DNA of 64,000 nt from Halarcobacter sp. (lineage in GTDB: Bacteria > Campylobacterota > Campylobacteria > Campylobacterales > Arcobacteraceae), in NCBI GenBank assembly GCA_048571215.1, contig CP182352.1:2432001-2496000 (forward strand), given 5' to 3'. The position numbers and the translations under genes are program-made. Under the pieces are notes generated by a model. The model was not told where the DNA came from and did not search any database. It was given only the letters and a program-made list of their open reading frames with translations. Shown here piece by piece: positions 32,254 to 43,307 of this stretch (its first letter is position 1; every line of letters begins with the position of its first letter).

Positions 32254-33444
32254 TTAATATTGTTTTTCTACACTTTTAACGGTACTGTATACTATAGTTT
32301 TGGGTGTTTGCAGTGTGATTGTATCATCAACTTTCACCTCATCTAATTCAATTATTTTATTATTCTGTGAGATTTGTACATAACCTTTTAAACTCTTTTT
32401 ATTTGGATGGTTATTTGAGTATGACTCTTTTAGTGAGCTTAATCTATCTTGTTTTGTATTAAAAATTTGTGATAAATAGTTTTTATAATTAGATTTTAGT
32501 ATAGATATTTGTTCATTTATAAATCTGAATTTTGCCTCTAAAGAGTTTTGTTCAAAGTGTTTAAGAATATTATTTAACTCAATCTCTTTATGTCGTAGGA
32601 TATTTTTTACTCTATTTTGCAAATCAATTTGAAGATTATCCAAGTAGATTCTATGTTCATTGATATCGGGTAATGCTATCTCCATTGCATTTGAAGGGGT
32701 TGCAGCTCTAACATCAGCTACAAAATCTGAAATCAAAAAATCAACTTCATGTCCAACTGCTGAGATTATTGGTTTTTTTGCTTCATAAATTGCACTTGCT
32801 ACAATCTCTTCATTAAAAGCCCATAAATCTTCAACACTTCCCCCACCTCTTCCAACAACTATAATATCAACATCTAATTTATCAGCAAATTTTATTGAAT
32901 TTACTATACTAAATTTTGCATCTTCCCCTTGTACTAAAGTTGGAATTAAAATAAGTTCAACTAAGGGCCATCTATGATGTGCAACTTTTTTCATATCTTC
33001 AATTGCTGCACCTGTTGCAGAGCTTACTAAAGCTATTTTTTTAGGATACTTTGGAAGCTGTTTTTTAATACTTGAATCAAAATAACCTTTTTCTTGTAAC
33101 TTTTTTTTCAATTGTTCATAAGCAAGGGCTAAAGAACCTTGTCCTAAAGGTTCAATTTTTGTACACATTAGTTGATAATTACCTCGGGGAGTATAAACTG
33201 TAATACTTCCACTTATAACAACTTTTTGCCCTAATTCAAGTTGAAATTTCAAAAATCTTGCATTTCCTTTAAACATAACACATGAGATTGTTGAGGATTC
33301 ATCTTTTACTGAAAAATAGATATGTCCTGAGTTATGATAAGTTAAATTTGAAATCTCACCTTGTACATAAACACTAACAAAGGTTGTTTCTAAAATCGAT
33401 TTAATTTGTGTATTTAAAGAAGATACAGTAATAGGAGAGTTCAA
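32254..33444 (-). CDS. xseA: Exodeoxyribonuclease VII large subunit
   Basis: GEISN, SGHIYF, RGGGS.EDLWAFN, SAVGHE, RAATPS. Confidence 0.95.
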   Translation of the reverse strand: MNSPITVSSLNTQIKSILETTFVSVYVQGEISNLTYHNSGHIYFSVKDESSTISCVMFKGNARFLKFQLELGQKVVISGSITVYTPRGNYQLMCTKIEPLGQGSLALAYEQLKKKLQEKGYFDSSIKKQLPKYPKKIALVSSATGAAIEDMKKVAHHRWPLVELILIPTLVQGEDAKFSIVNSIKFADKLDVDIIVVGRGGGSVEDLWAFNEEIVASAIYEAKKPIISAVGHEVDFLISDFVADVRAATPSNAMEIALPDINEHRIYLDNLQIDLQNRVKNILRHKEIELNNILKHFEQNSLEAKFRFINEQISILKSNYKNYLSQIFNTKQDRLSSLKESYSNNHPNKKSLKGYVQISQNNKIIELDEVKVDDTITLQTPKTIVYSTVKSVEKQY

Positions 33445-33468
33445 AATTTTCCTTTATTATCGCAAAAA

Positions 33469-34179
33469 TTAAATTTTTCTTGCAATAATCAAAGTTGAAA
33501 TCTTCATAGAAAAAGCTTTCGTATAAATAGGCTCTAAACCTGCTTGTTTTAACTCTTTACATAGATTGTCTGTAGTTAAAAACTCATCAATAGAGTTAGG
33601 CAAATAAGTATATGCCTCTTTATTTTTAGAAATAAGTCCCCCTAGTGTTGGTAAAATCTTATTCATATAAAAATCTGTAAGATAATCTATAGGTGAAGTC
33701 TTTTCGTTTTTTGTAAACTCTGAAATAACTACCAGACCATCTTTTTTTAGAACTCTTGCAAACTCATCAAAAGCCTCTTGTCTTTGTACAACATTTCTAA
33801 TACCATATGAGATTGAGATAATATCAGCACTATCATTTTCTAAAGGCATTTGAGCAGCTCCTGCTTCTATAAACTCTACATCTGGAAGTTTTTTCTTAGC
33901 CACATCCATCATACCAACACTTGGATCTACCCCGATTACATTCTCTAAGCAAACACCATTTAATTGAGCTGTTTTCTTCCAAAACTCAATCATATCACCT
34001 GTTCCACAAGCAACATCTACAACCCTTTGGATTTTATCTTTTCCATAAAAGCTAAAGGTTTTATTACACGCTTTATTTCTCCAAGACTTATCAATTCCCA
34101 TACTTAAAACTCTATTTGCTATATCATAAGTACCTGCTATTTCATTAAACATTGATACAATTTTTTCTTGTTTACTCAT
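33469..34179 (-). CDS. ubiE: Menaquinone biosynthesis C-methyltransferase (UbiE/MenG)
   Basis: YDIANRVLSMG, DVACGTGD, YGIRNV, AYTYLPNSI. Confidence 0.93.
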   Translation of the reverse strand: MSKQEKIVSMFNEIAGTYDIANRVLSMGIDKSWRNKACNKTFSFYGKDKIQRVVDVACGTGDMIEFWKKTAQLNGVCLENVIGVDPSVGMMDVAKKKLPDVEFIEAGAAQMPLENDSADIISISYGIRNVVQRQEAFDEFARVLKKDGLVVISEFTKNEKTSPIDYLTDFYMNKILPTLGGLISKNKEAYTYLPNSIDEFLTTDNLCKELKQAGLEPIYTKAFSMKISTLIIARKI

Positions 34180-34197
34180 ATATTAATTTTCCTAATT

Positions 34198-34446
34198 TTA
34201 TACTAGATATTTTCCAACTAAAAGACCAATAATAAAACCTACATTTAACATAATTATTAAAAATAGATATGATATTTTTTTATCTTTTTGAGGAATCTCA
34301 TTTAATACTTTTTTTTGTTCAATTATCGAATCATCTAAAGACCTTCTTGCAAAGTCAATATTATCAAAAGAGTTTCTTAAACTAAGCTCTGCTAACTCCA
34401 TTCTCTCAACAATCTCTTTTGCTTGCTTAAAAGTCATATCACTCAT
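34198..34446 (-). CDS. Small hypothetical protein, helical N-terminus and C-terminal membrane anchor
   Basis: 82 aa, hydrophobic tail ISYLFLIIMLNVGFIIGLLVG, packed in the operon. Confidence 0.7.
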   Translation of the reverse strand: MSDMTFKQAKEIVERMELAELSLRNSFDNIDFARRSLDDSIIEQKKVLNEIPQKDKKISYLFLIIMLNVGFIIGLLVGKYLV

Positions 34447-34456
34447 CTTTATACAC

Positions 34457-35248
34457 TTACTTCTTAATCTCTAGCCATTTATCTAGATCATAAAAAATTT
34501 TATTTAAAGTTCCCAAAACATAATCTTTAGCTTCTGTTTGGATTCTTCTAAAAAATAAAAACTTTCTTGCACTCTCTATATCACCTAACTCTTTTGCTTT
34601 CATAGCTTTAGCAGCAAAATCTGTGTTATTATATGCCATTTCCCAAACTGTACTTCCAAGATATCTACTCATAGTAATAACCTTGTCATTTTTTACAGGG
34701 AAATATTTTGGATTTTTTACAAAATCACAAATAACAGAATTACTATCTAAATACTTATGTCCAAAAAAGTTAATAAATTGTTCCTCTATATATTCTTGGT
34801 CCATTGAGATTGCTCTATTTAATGCAAATAAAACATTATCTTCTGGATTCTCTTCAATTTTTTTAATTTTTTTCATTGTTGCGATTGCATTTTTACCATC
34901 AAGCTCACCATCACCTAAAGGGATAATCCACTTGATATTTCCAAAAGAACCAACCTTTTTAATCTCTTCAAGAACTAAGGTAGAAGTTTTATTTCCCCCA
35001 ACATCTACAATAATCTCATGCTTATCATCCATCAAAATCAATTCATCTAATTCTGTTAATTTATTTGTTCCAAGCATCCTTTTATCAACTATTTGAGTTC
35101 TTGTAAAAGATCTGCTATCATTATTTTCATCATCGATTTCGATATATGTTACTTTTTTACCATGTTTCTTATACAAATATGGTGCAATTACCTGCATTGC
35201 CACAGTAGATTTACCGACACCACCTTTTGTTTGCGGAATAATAATCAT
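34457..35248 (-). CDS. ParA/MinD-superfamily ATPase of unknown function
   Basis: Deviant Walker A KGGVGKST at the extreme N-terminus, IEID, IIVDVGG. Confidence 0.8.
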   Translation of the reverse strand: MIIIPQTKGGVGKSTVAMQVIAPYLYKKHGKKVTYIEIDDENNDSRSFTRTQIVDKRMLGTNKLTELDELILMDDKHEIIVDVGGNKTSTLVLEEIKKVGSFGNIKWIIPLGDGELDGKNAIATMKKIKKIEENPEDNVLFALNRAISMDQEYIEEQFINFFGHKYLDSNSVICDFVKNPKYFPVKNDKVITMSRYLGSTVWEMAYNNTDFAAKAMKAKELGDIESARKFLFFRRIQTEAKDYVLGTLNKIFYDLDKWLEIKK

Positions 35249-35265
35249 TGTTAACCTTTGTTAAA

Positions 35266-35913
35266 CTAAAGCTTATGACTCTTCATAAATTGTACAATTT
35301 TACCATGAAACCTACAATAGAGCATATTTAGTGGAATTTCAAATCCATAAAGTTTGACAATTTTATCGTAATTTTTATTAATTCCATATTCACACCAAGA
35401 TTGCAAATCTCTATAATTTTTAAACTCATAGGAAAAATGTTTTAATAGTTTTGCTGTATATTTATCCACAACCATAAACTCTTTGTGACAAGCATAACAC
35501 ATAATTGCATCTGCTGTTTCATCCCCAATGCCTTTTTGTTCTAAAAGCCACTCTTTGCTTACATTTTCTTTGAAGTTTTCAAAATCATTAAACTCTTGTA
35601 AAATATTTTTACATAGCTGTTTGATTCTATTAGCTTTTTGATTTTTAAAACCACTTGGGGTGATAGCTTCTATAAAAATATCTATTTGAATATTTGATAA
35701 TTTTTCTATATCAAGAAGATTTGATTTTTTTAAATTTTCTAAAGATTTTTCTACATTTGTCCATTTTGTATTTTGGGTTAAAATTGCTCCAATTAAAACT
35801 TCAAAATCATTATCTGCAGGCCACCAATATTTTGAAGCTCCTTCAAGAAGATTTAAATTCTTTAAATATTTTAATAAATCATAACTATCACAGATTTGAA
35901 TCTTTTTAATCAA
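35266..35913 (-). CDS. HhH-GPD DNA glycosylase (3-methyladenine glycosylase / endonuclease III-related)
   Basis: WWP, GAILTQNT, KGIGDETAD, VVDKYT. Confidence 0.88.
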   Translation of the reverse strand: MIKKIQICDSYDLLKYLKNLNLLEGASKYWWPADNDFEVLIGAILTQNTKWTNVEKSLENLKKSNLLDIEKLSNIQIDIFIEAITPSGFKNQKANRIKQLCKNILQEFNDFENFKENVSKEWLLEQKGIGDETADAIMCYACHKEFMVVDKYTAKLLKHFSYEFKNYRDLQSWCEYGINKNYDKIVKLYGFEIPLNMLYCRFHGKIVQFMKSHKL

Positions 35914-36718
35914 ATATAGCCTCTGTTTTTATTAACTCTTCTTTATTGCAATACTTTTTTAATTTAAAGCACTCTACTGTTTTACCCTCTACTATATCCA
36001 TAACCATAAGTTGAAATATAGATTTACAACTATTAGGTACATCAAAATGACCACCTAAGCCAGTTGTTGCCTTTGCAATTGGAACATTATCATTCATACC
36101 TATTACATTGTCTCTACATCCAGTAAGTCCAATATCAGTTAAATAAGCAGTACCATCCACAACTTGTAAGTCATCTGTCCCCACATGGGTATGTGTTCCA
36201 CAAATACCACTTACCTTACCTTTTAACATCATAAAAATAACTCTTTTTTCACTTGTAGCTTCTGCATGGAAATCTATAAAAATATTTTTAATATTCTCTT
36301 CTTCAAGTTTATTTACTAATTTTATTGCCCAATTGAAAGGATTTTCAACTGTAGGCATAGCAAACTGTCCCATAAGATTTATTATTGCAATTTTTTCTTC
36401 ACCTAATTCGAAAATTTTAAAACCATCTCCTGGAATCCCTAGGGGATAATTATCAGGTCTTAAAACATTTTCACTTTCTAATAAAACAAACATCTCATTT
36501 TTTTTATCAAAAGAGTGATTTCCACCTGTTATGACATCAATACCAGAGTTTAAAAGTTCTTTACAATTTTTCACAGTTAAACCAAAACCATGACTTGCAT
36601 TTTCACCATTTGCAATAACAAAATCTATATTAAACTCATTTTTAATTTTTTTTAAATTCTCTTTTATAATCTTACGACCAGGTCGTCCTACTATATCACC
36701 AATAAATGCAATTCTCAA
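35906..36718 (-). CDS. YmdB/TIGR00282-family metallophosphoesterase
   Basis: GDIVG, NGEN, GNH, DFHAEATSEK, GTHTH. Confidence 0.93.
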   Translation of the reverse strand: MRIAFIGDIVGRPGRKIIKENLKKIKNEFNIDFVIANGENASHGFGLTVKNCKELLNSGIDVITGGNHSFDKKNEMFVLLESENVLRPDNYPLGIPGDGFKIFELGEEKIAIINLMGQFAMPTVENPFNWAIKLVNKLEEENIKNIFIDFHAEATSEKRVIFMMLKGKVSGICGTHTHVGTDDLQVVDGTAYLTDIGLTGCRDNVIGMNDNVPIAKATTGLGGHFDVPNSCKSIFQLMVMDIVEGKTVECFKLKKYCNKEELIKTEAIFD

Positions 36719-36749
36719 AACTTTTCCTATATTTTTTATAAACTATATT

Positions 36750-39284
36750 TTAAACAGATCTTTTTAATCTTACTTCAAATACTGCTCCACTATCTTTATT
36801 GTATGCAACAATTTCACCATCTTGTTCATCAATAATTTTCTTTGCAATATTTAGACCAACTCCCATACCACTATGTTGTTTTGTACTTATAAAAGGATCA
36901 AAAATTTTATCAATAATTTCATCTTTTATTCCACCTGCATTATCAGTAAATTTTACAATAACTTCATCCTCTTGCTCATATACTAAAATATTTAATTCTC
37001 TTTTTTCATAATCTTCTATATTTTTTAAAGCATCTAATGCATTGTTTATTATAATAATCCAAACTTGTTCTATTCTTTGTTTTTGAATATCTGAATAAAA
37101 TTCAAACTTTGTTTTATTTATGTTTGTTATTGAGAAAATTTCATTATTTAAATATATTTTTGAGATTTGTTTTGAAACATTATATGCCATAGTTAAAGAG
37201 GTGATTAAAGTTGCATAGATATTTGATTTTTCTTTAGCCACTGAAGAGCTTTGTGACATCTCTCTCATAGACTCAACAATAACTGCTATTCTATTTATAG
37301 CCTCTTCTATTTTACTACAGCCTTCTTCCATATCCTCTTTTATTTTTGTATGGGGCAAATCCTCAATATCCATTTGCAACATTTCAAAATTACCTTTTAG
37401 ATATGTTAAAGGGGTATTTATTTCATGGGTAATTCCAGCAGCTAAAGTACCAATAGAAGTAAGTTTTGCATTTTTTATTTGTTGATCTTGATGTAGTCTA
37501 TCTTTTTCAATATTTTTTTGAACCTCATCACTCACTCTTTGCTCCAAGGTTTGATTTAACTCTTGAAGTTTTCTTTTATCTTCTAATGAATTAATAACAA
37601 GCACAATATTCTTTTTATCTGGCAATATTCTTAAAGATACATCTAAATATATCTCTTCATTGTTTTTTGTTAAAAATACCAATTCAACATTTGAAATAGA
37701 ATCAATCTCTTTTAACTCATTTGAAATATCTAAAAGTAAATTTTTACTTGTATCATCTGCTAATTCAAAAAAATTCTCTTCAAATAGTTCATCCTCACTA
37801 TATTGAAAAATATTAAAAAATGCACTATTAAACTTCTTAAATTTCCCATCTATATTAATCAAAGCAATACCACTATTTGCATTTTGAAAAATCACATTCA
37901 ACTGCTCTATTTGATAGTTTAAATCATTGTATAATTTTTCAATTCTCTTTTTATCATCAATATTAGTTCTAATCTCTGTATATGAGATTATCTCTTTATT
38001 CTGATTATAATTTGTTTCAATTTGAGAAGAAACCCAATACTCTAAACCAAGTTTTTTTACACTTAATAATTCCCCAGACCAAATATTTTTATCTTTTAAG
38101 TATTCAACCACTTCATCAAACTCTTCATAACTTTTTTGATCTAATAACTTTTTATAAGGGTGTCCTATTAACTCCTCTTTTTGATATCCAGATACCTTAC
38201 AAAAGTATGAACTAATATCTACTATATTCCAACTAGGATCTACTTTTATATACATAACATATTGATTTATTAATTCTAAAGCATCACTCAATATAAGTTT
38301 GTTTTTTTCCATAGAATCGTTTAATAAATTTTTTTCACTTATTAATTTTTTATTTATATTTGATAAAGGAGAGGTAAATACTAAAGCTAATAATAAAGCA
38401 ACAATAAAACTCATATACATAACTGCATAAATTGAAGACTCATACTTATCAAGAAACTCTTTAAAGGATATATCACTATTATTCAAAATAATATTTAGAT
38501 ATATTTTGCCATTTACTTTTATTTTTTTAAAATAATAATAATTACTTGAAATTGAAGAATTACTATTTAGAAGATAATCTCCATAAGCCTTTATTACATT
38601 TTTTAAATCTAAATCACTATAAAAATATCTTGACCAAGAGTAGATATTGTTTTTATCATAAATTATATTTTTATCTTCATCAATTATATAACTTACAAAA
38701 CTTAAAGACTCTAAAAACTCACTAACATCAACTTTAGAGATTATTGTGTACTTATTATCTTTTATTGCAAAATAGATTATTGGCTCTAAAGGACTTATAA
38801 TCTCTGCATCTTTTTTATTAAGTTTAATAGCAGAGTTATAAATTGAATTATTTTTTAATTTTAAGATATCTGAAAATATTTCAAAACTACTAAGTGTTTC
38901 AAAATAATCTTTTTCGATAACTATTTTTTGATTATCTTCACTTAAGTTTATTAACTCTTTTCCAGTATTATTTTTTAAAATTGATAATTCAATTAAAGAA
39001 TCATCACTTAAAATTATTGTAGATAAACTTTTTTCTAAACTATGTTTATCAAAAGTTTTATACTCAACAGTATCATGTATTTGTTTAAGTAGAAACTTTT
39101 GATGATTTATTAGTTTTTGTAACTCATTTTCATGTCTATCAACTAATTCTAAATAAGTATTAATTTTATCTTTTTTAAATATCTTATTAAATATTGTATA
39201 ACTTAAATAAAAGGAGCTAAAAAAAAGTATAAACCCAAATACTAAAAAAGCAAGAAATAGTTTTAATGAAAAAGTGGTTTTCAT
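36750..39284 (-). CDS. Membrane sensor histidine kinase with two PAS domains
   Basis: H-box GITHEINTPL, N-box INNALDA, DNAGGI, FDPFISTK, GMGVGL. Confidence 0.92.
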   Translation of the reverse strand: MKTTFSLKLFLAFLVFGFILFFSSFYLSYTIFNKIFKKDKINTYLELVDRHENELQKLINHQKFLLKQIHDTVEYKTFDKHSLEKSLSTIILSDDSLIELSILKNNTGKELINLSEDNQKIVIEKDYFETLSSFEIFSDILKLKNNSIYNSAIKLNKKDAEIISPLEPIIYFAIKDNKYTIISKVDVSEFLESLSFVSYIIDEDKNIIYDKNNIYSWSRYFYSDLDLKNVIKAYGDYLLNSNSSISSNYYYFKKIKVNGKIYLNIILNNSDISFKEFLDKYESSIYAVMYMSFIVALLLALVFTSPLSNINKKLISEKNLLNDSMEKNKLILSDALELINQYVMYIKVDPSWNIVDISSYFCKVSGYQKEELIGHPYKKLLDQKSYEEFDEVVEYLKDKNIWSGELLSVKKLGLEYWVSSQIETNYNQNKEIISYTEIRTNIDDKKRIEKLYNDLNYQIEQLNVIFQNANSGIALINIDGKFKKFNSAFFNIFQYSEDELFEENFFELADDTSKNLLLDISNELKEIDSISNVELVFLTKNNEEIYLDVSLRILPDKKNIVLVINSLEDKRKLQELNQTLEQRVSDEVQKNIEKDRLHQDQQIKNAKLTSIGTLAAGITHEINTPLTYLKGNFEMLQMDIEDLPHTKIKEDMEEGCSKIEEAINRIAVIVESMREMSQSSSVAKEKSNIYATLITSLTMAYNVSKQISKIYLNNEIFSITNINKTKFEFYSDIQKQRIEQVWIIIINNALDALKNIEDYEKRELNILVYEQEDEVIVKFTDNAGGIKDEIIDKIFDPFISTKQHSGMGVGLNIAKKIIDEQDGEIVAYNKDSGAVFEVRLKRSV

Positions 39285-41437
39285 AATCTATCAATCTTTC
39301 TTCTATCTTTTGTAATTAACTTTATATAAAAGCTACAACCATTTTCTTCATTTTCAACCCACATATCTCCATCACTTTTTTTAATTAAAAGTTTTGCCAT
39401 ATGCAAAGTTATACCATTTCTACTAATATTTTCTTTTGTACTAAAATCTAAATCAAATATCTTTTTTATAAATTTTTCTGGTATCCCCAAAGCATTATCT
39501 TGACACTTAATTAAAATATCATTTCCAACTTTTGAAATATAGATATTGATTACTGGATTATTTATATTTTTTAATTTAAATTGTTCCATTGAATTATTTA
39601 TCAAAGCAAAAACAACCTTTCTTAGATCAAAAGAAACCCCATAGGTTTCTAAATCTTTATTACCAGAGATGTCTATTTTTATACTACTATCTGATAAAGA
39701 TGAAACAACACTATTAATTACCTCATAAACATTGTATCTATCATGTGCATTTTCATTACTAAATAAAGATTTAAAATCATTTAATTGTCTTGATAGCCTG
39801 TTTACTTCATCATTTATTTTAGCAAATACTTCTATCTCTTCTTCATTAATAAGATTTTTATTTTTTAACTTATCCTCAATATCCATTAGATTTAAAGAGA
39901 TATTTGATATTGGTTTTTTCCATTCATTTGAAAAGGCATCTAATAATTTTCCCATTAGTTTTATTTTTGATTCGTCAAGTTTTAAATTATCTCTAGTTTT
40001 TATCTCATTTAATTTTAAAAATAAATCTCTTTTTAAAAGTTCATTAACTTTTTGTAACTGCTTCTCATCACTGATATCAACTCTAATTGATCTATATCCA
40101 ATAATATTTTTATTTTCATTAAAAATAGGTGTAATATTTCCCCTAACCCAATAGGAGTTCCCATTTTTATCAATGTTTTTTATTTCACCTTCCCAAATAT
40201 CACCTTTTGTAATTATCTTCCACATATTACTGAAAAATTTTTTAGAGATATCAGGATTTCGTAACATACTTATAGGGCGTCCTATAATCTCATCCTTTTT
40301 ATAACCACTTATTTTACAAAAAGATTCAGATACATGAGTTACTAAACCATTTGTATCTGTTTCAGCTACAATCACATACTTATCAATACTTTTATATAGA
40401 CTATTAAATTTTGAATTATCTATTTTAAATCTTCTATAAAAGTAATGAATAAGAAATATCATCACAACAAAAATTATTGATAAAAAAATAATTATAAAAA
40501 AATAAAAATCATATTTTTTTAAAATCGAACTATAGTTTTCATTGTCCCCTAAAGCAACCATATAACCTATTTTCTTATTGGAAACTTTATTTTTAAGTGG
40601 GAAAAAACTAATCATAGAATAGATATTTTCAGCTTGATAATTAATAGCAAACTTTTTATTTCTATTTATATTTTCTTTTATTATTTGAATTTTCTCTTTT
40701 GGTAACTCTTTCAATGTAGATTTATTGTATATAGAATCTTCATACATATAATTATCATCCAAAATACAATCTTTAAAATTTTTTAAGAACTTTTTATCAA
40801 GCCTTTGCTTTAAAATATTCTTTTTAAAAATAAAAAATGTTTCAAAATTAGTATTTTTACTTATTAAAAAACTTAGTTTTGGCATATTTGTGCTTATTTC
40901 TACTATTGCTAAAAGATTTAATTGCTTATCGAAAAGTGGTCTAACATATTTATAAGATGCAGAAGTGGATGAGATTTCAAAAGTTGAAACAGTTTTTAAA
41001 CTTTCAAGACTCTTTTTAATAAGTCCCACATTTTTATTTTTTTCACTATTTTTATAACCTTTATATTCACTTTTTAATAAAGGCTTTAAAGAAGGCAGGT
41101 AAATGTTTACCTCTTTTAAATCATATTTCTTAAAATTATTAAGACTATCTTTAATATTTAAATAAAGCTTTTTTGCTTTTTTCTCATCTGATATATTCTC
41201 TTTTAAGGTAGCAATAATTTTATTATTCTCTAAAATATGATTATAAAAAATAATCTCTGAGAAGTTTTCACTTCTTAAAATATATGTTGAATAGGTTTTT
41301 TCAATAAGATTTAAATCATTTTTTAAATAAAACTCAATCTCACTTTTTTTATATTGATTTAATACCCATAAACTCAAAGTTAAAACTAAAAAGAACAATA
41401 TTAAATAATTAAAAATTAAAACTTTATTTTTTTCCAT
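39281..41437 (-). CDS. Membrane PAS histidine-kinase-like protein with degenerate H-box
   Basis: Two TM segments, PAS, HATPase-like tail; AFSNEWKKP where H is expected; G2 box SRNGITL. Confidence 0.8.
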   Translation of the reverse strand: MEKNKVLIFNYLILFFLVLTLSLWVLNQYKKSEIEFYLKNDLNLIEKTYSTYILRSENFSEIIFYNHILENNKIIATLKENISDEKKAKKLYLNIKDSLNNFKKYDLKEVNIYLPSLKPLLKSEYKGYKNSEKNKNVGLIKKSLESLKTVSTFEISSTSASYKYVRPLFDKQLNLLAIVEISTNMPKLSFLISKNTNFETFFIFKKNILKQRLDKKFLKNFKDCILDDNYMYEDSIYNKSTLKELPKEKIQIIKENINRNKKFAINYQAENIYSMISFFPLKNKVSNKKIGYMVALGDNENYSSILKKYDFYFFIIIFLSIIFVVMIFLIHYFYRRFKIDNSKFNSLYKSIDKYVIVAETDTNGLVTHVSESFCKISGYKKDEIIGRPISMLRNPDISKKFFSNMWKIITKGDIWEGEIKNIDKNGNSYWVRGNITPIFNENKNIIGYRSIRVDISDEKQLQKVNELLKRDLFLKLNEIKTRDNLKLDESKIKLMGKLLDAFSNEWKKPISNISLNLMDIEDKLKNKNLINEEEIEVFAKINDEVNRLSRQLNDFKSLFSNENAHDRYNVYEVINSVVSSLSDSSIKIDISGNKDLETYGVSFDLRKVVFALINNSMEQFKLKNINNPVINIYISKVGNDILIKCQDNALGIPEKFIKKIFDLDFSTKENISRNGITLHMAKLLIKKSDGDMWVENEENGCSFYIKLITKDRRKIDRL

Positions 41438-41440
41438 AAA

Positions 41441-41818
41441 CTATTTTTTTAAAATCTCTTCAATTTTGTTTTGTAATACAGATAATGAATCAAAAGGCTT
41501 CATAATATAGTAGGTTGCACCCTCTTTATGTGATTTCAATACTCTATCCAAAGTTGAATAAGCAGTCATCATACAAACTTTTTGTTTAGGTTTTATCTCC
41601 ATGATTTTTTCTAAGGTTTCAATCCCATCCATTTGAGGCATCATTATATCCAATAAAACTATATCACAATGATGGTTTTGTATATGCTCTAATCCTAACT
41701 TAGGATTAGAATATGTAGTAACTTTAAATTTTCCAGTTTTTGATAAAAATTTATCAATCAATCTTAAAATCTCTATTTCATCATCAATAATAACTATCTC
41801 ATATTTTATATCACTCAT
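41441..41818 (-). CDS. Single-domain response regulator
   Basis: IIDDE, LDIMMP, MTA, MKPF. Confidence 0.9.
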   Translation of the reverse strand: MSDIKYEIVIIDDEIEILRLIDKFLSKTGKFKVTTYSNPKLGLEHIQNHHCDIVLLDIMMPQMDGIETLEKIMEIKPKQKVCMMTAYSTLDRVLKSHKEGATYYIMKPFDSLSVLQNKIEEILKK

Positions 41819-41830
41819 TTCGATTCTCCA

Positions 41831-43234
41831 TTAATTAAAAAGTTTAATTGCTGCTTCTTTCATTATAGATTCATTTTTCTCTTCCAAAATTTTATCTAAA
41901 TAAACAAATACTTTTTCACTTGCATTTTCAACTTGTTCAATTTTATCTTCAATTAGTTTTTTAGAACATGATACTTCATGCCCAGAGCACTCACTAGCCA
42001 AACTATTTGCTTGGTCATGTACAATTGAATGGCATCCTTCCAAATGTCTATAAGATGGTACAAAACTAAACTGCTCTTTTCCTAAACCTGTTTCATACCA
42101 TTTTCCTAATCTACAATTATGGTGATCAACTGCATTGAAATTGTGTTCTCCACCAAAAATTAATTGATACAGATTATTTTTATAAATCACATGGTCAAGT
42201 TTAGCTAAATTTATAAAAATTTTATTTGAAACACTTTCCACTTGATAAACTGATCTATTGGCATTTCTTTGGAAGGTATTCATAAGTTCACTTAAAACTA
42301 TCGTTCTATCTTTTGTTTTATTTACAACCTCTGAAACAACATCTGAACTATCTTTTATCTTATGGGTCTCAATTTGAATTGAATCAACCACATCTTTTAT
42401 CTGTTTTGCAGCTTCTGCACTTCTATTTGCTAGATTTCTAACCTCTTGTGCAACAACAGCAAATCCTTTTCCAGCTTCTCCCGCAGTTGCAGCCTCCACA
42501 GCTGCATTAAGTGATAAAATATTTGTTTGAAATGCAATTTCTTGAATAATATTTATCACATTTGATATATCTTTACTTTTAGAAACCAATGAGTTTATTA
42601 CCTGATGTTCTGTCTCAATCTGTTCATATAAATTTTCTGTATCATTGACAATATCATTAGTTAGTTTATCTCCTCTTGTTGAGCCTTTTGCAGTTTCTTT
42701 TGACTCTTTCATCATATTATCTAATTCATCTAAAAGTGAAAGATAAGCATTTTGTGTAGTGGTTAAAGAGTTTGTCATGTTTTTATTGTGTCTTTCTAAT
42801 AAACCCCCATCTTTATTATCATGGATTGAAGTTTGTTTTAGACATACAATTGTAAAATCATTTATATTCTTTGTTTTAAGTGAAGCTTCACAATCATTTA
42901 ATACAACTGTATCTGATCCCTTATTTAAAGCATTTAATACAATATTTGTATCTAAATCATGCTCTTTTGCCTTTTCATTTAAAAAATATGGCTCTTTCTC
43001 TTTTGAAAATATTACTAAACCCTCTTCTTGAGAAAAAGCTGCCGCTTGTTTATAAAGCTCTAATTGATCTTTTAATACCTCAAATTCTTCTTCTTGTTCT
43101 GAATTATTATTAATTAGATTTTCAAGTTTTAAAATCTTCTCATCTTTTTTAGTTAGTTCATCTGTTAATAAAGCTATTTGCTTTTCTAGATTTGTTATTT
43201 TATCATCTTTTATTTTTGAATTACAAAAAAACAT
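41831..43234 (-). CDS. Soluble chemoreceptor with C-terminal zinc-binding CZB domain (TlpD-like)
   Basis: [31 protein letters not shown] hairpin tip, no TM segment, DH...[10 protein letters not shown]...H..VH. Confidence 0.9.
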   Translation of the reverse strand: MFFCNSKIKDDKITNLEKQIALLTDELTKKDEKILKLENLINNNSEQEEEFEVLKDQLELYKQAAAFSQEEGLVIFSKEKEPYFLNEKAKEHDLDTNIVLNALNKGSDTVVLNDCEASLKTKNINDFTIVCLKQTSIHDNKDGGLLERHNKNMTNSLTTTQNAYLSLLDELDNMMKESKETAKGSTRGDKLTNDIVNDTENLYEQIETEHQVINSLVSKSKDISNVINIIQEIAFQTNILSLNAAVEAATAGEAGKGFAVVAQEVRNLANRSAEAAKQIKDVVDSIQIETHKIKDSSDVVSEVVNKTKDRTIVLSELMNTFQRNANRSVYQVESVSNKIFINLAKLDHVIYKNNLYQLIFGGEHNFNAVDHHNCRLGKWYETGLGKEQFSFVPSYRHLEGCHSIVHDQANSLASECSGHEVSCSKKLIEDKIEQVENASEKVFVYLDKILEEKNESIMKEAAIKLFN

Positions 43235-43307
43235 TATGTAACTTCCTTTATGGATTTATTATAAAAAATAATTATAACTTATTTTTATTTTGATTGAGAT
43301 TTATATA

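Noticed and set aside
34457..35248. Plasmid or ICE remnant suggested by the ParA-like gene
   Set aside because: It is embedded among housekeeping genes with tight spacing; no integrase, relaxase, rep or att-like repeats nearby.
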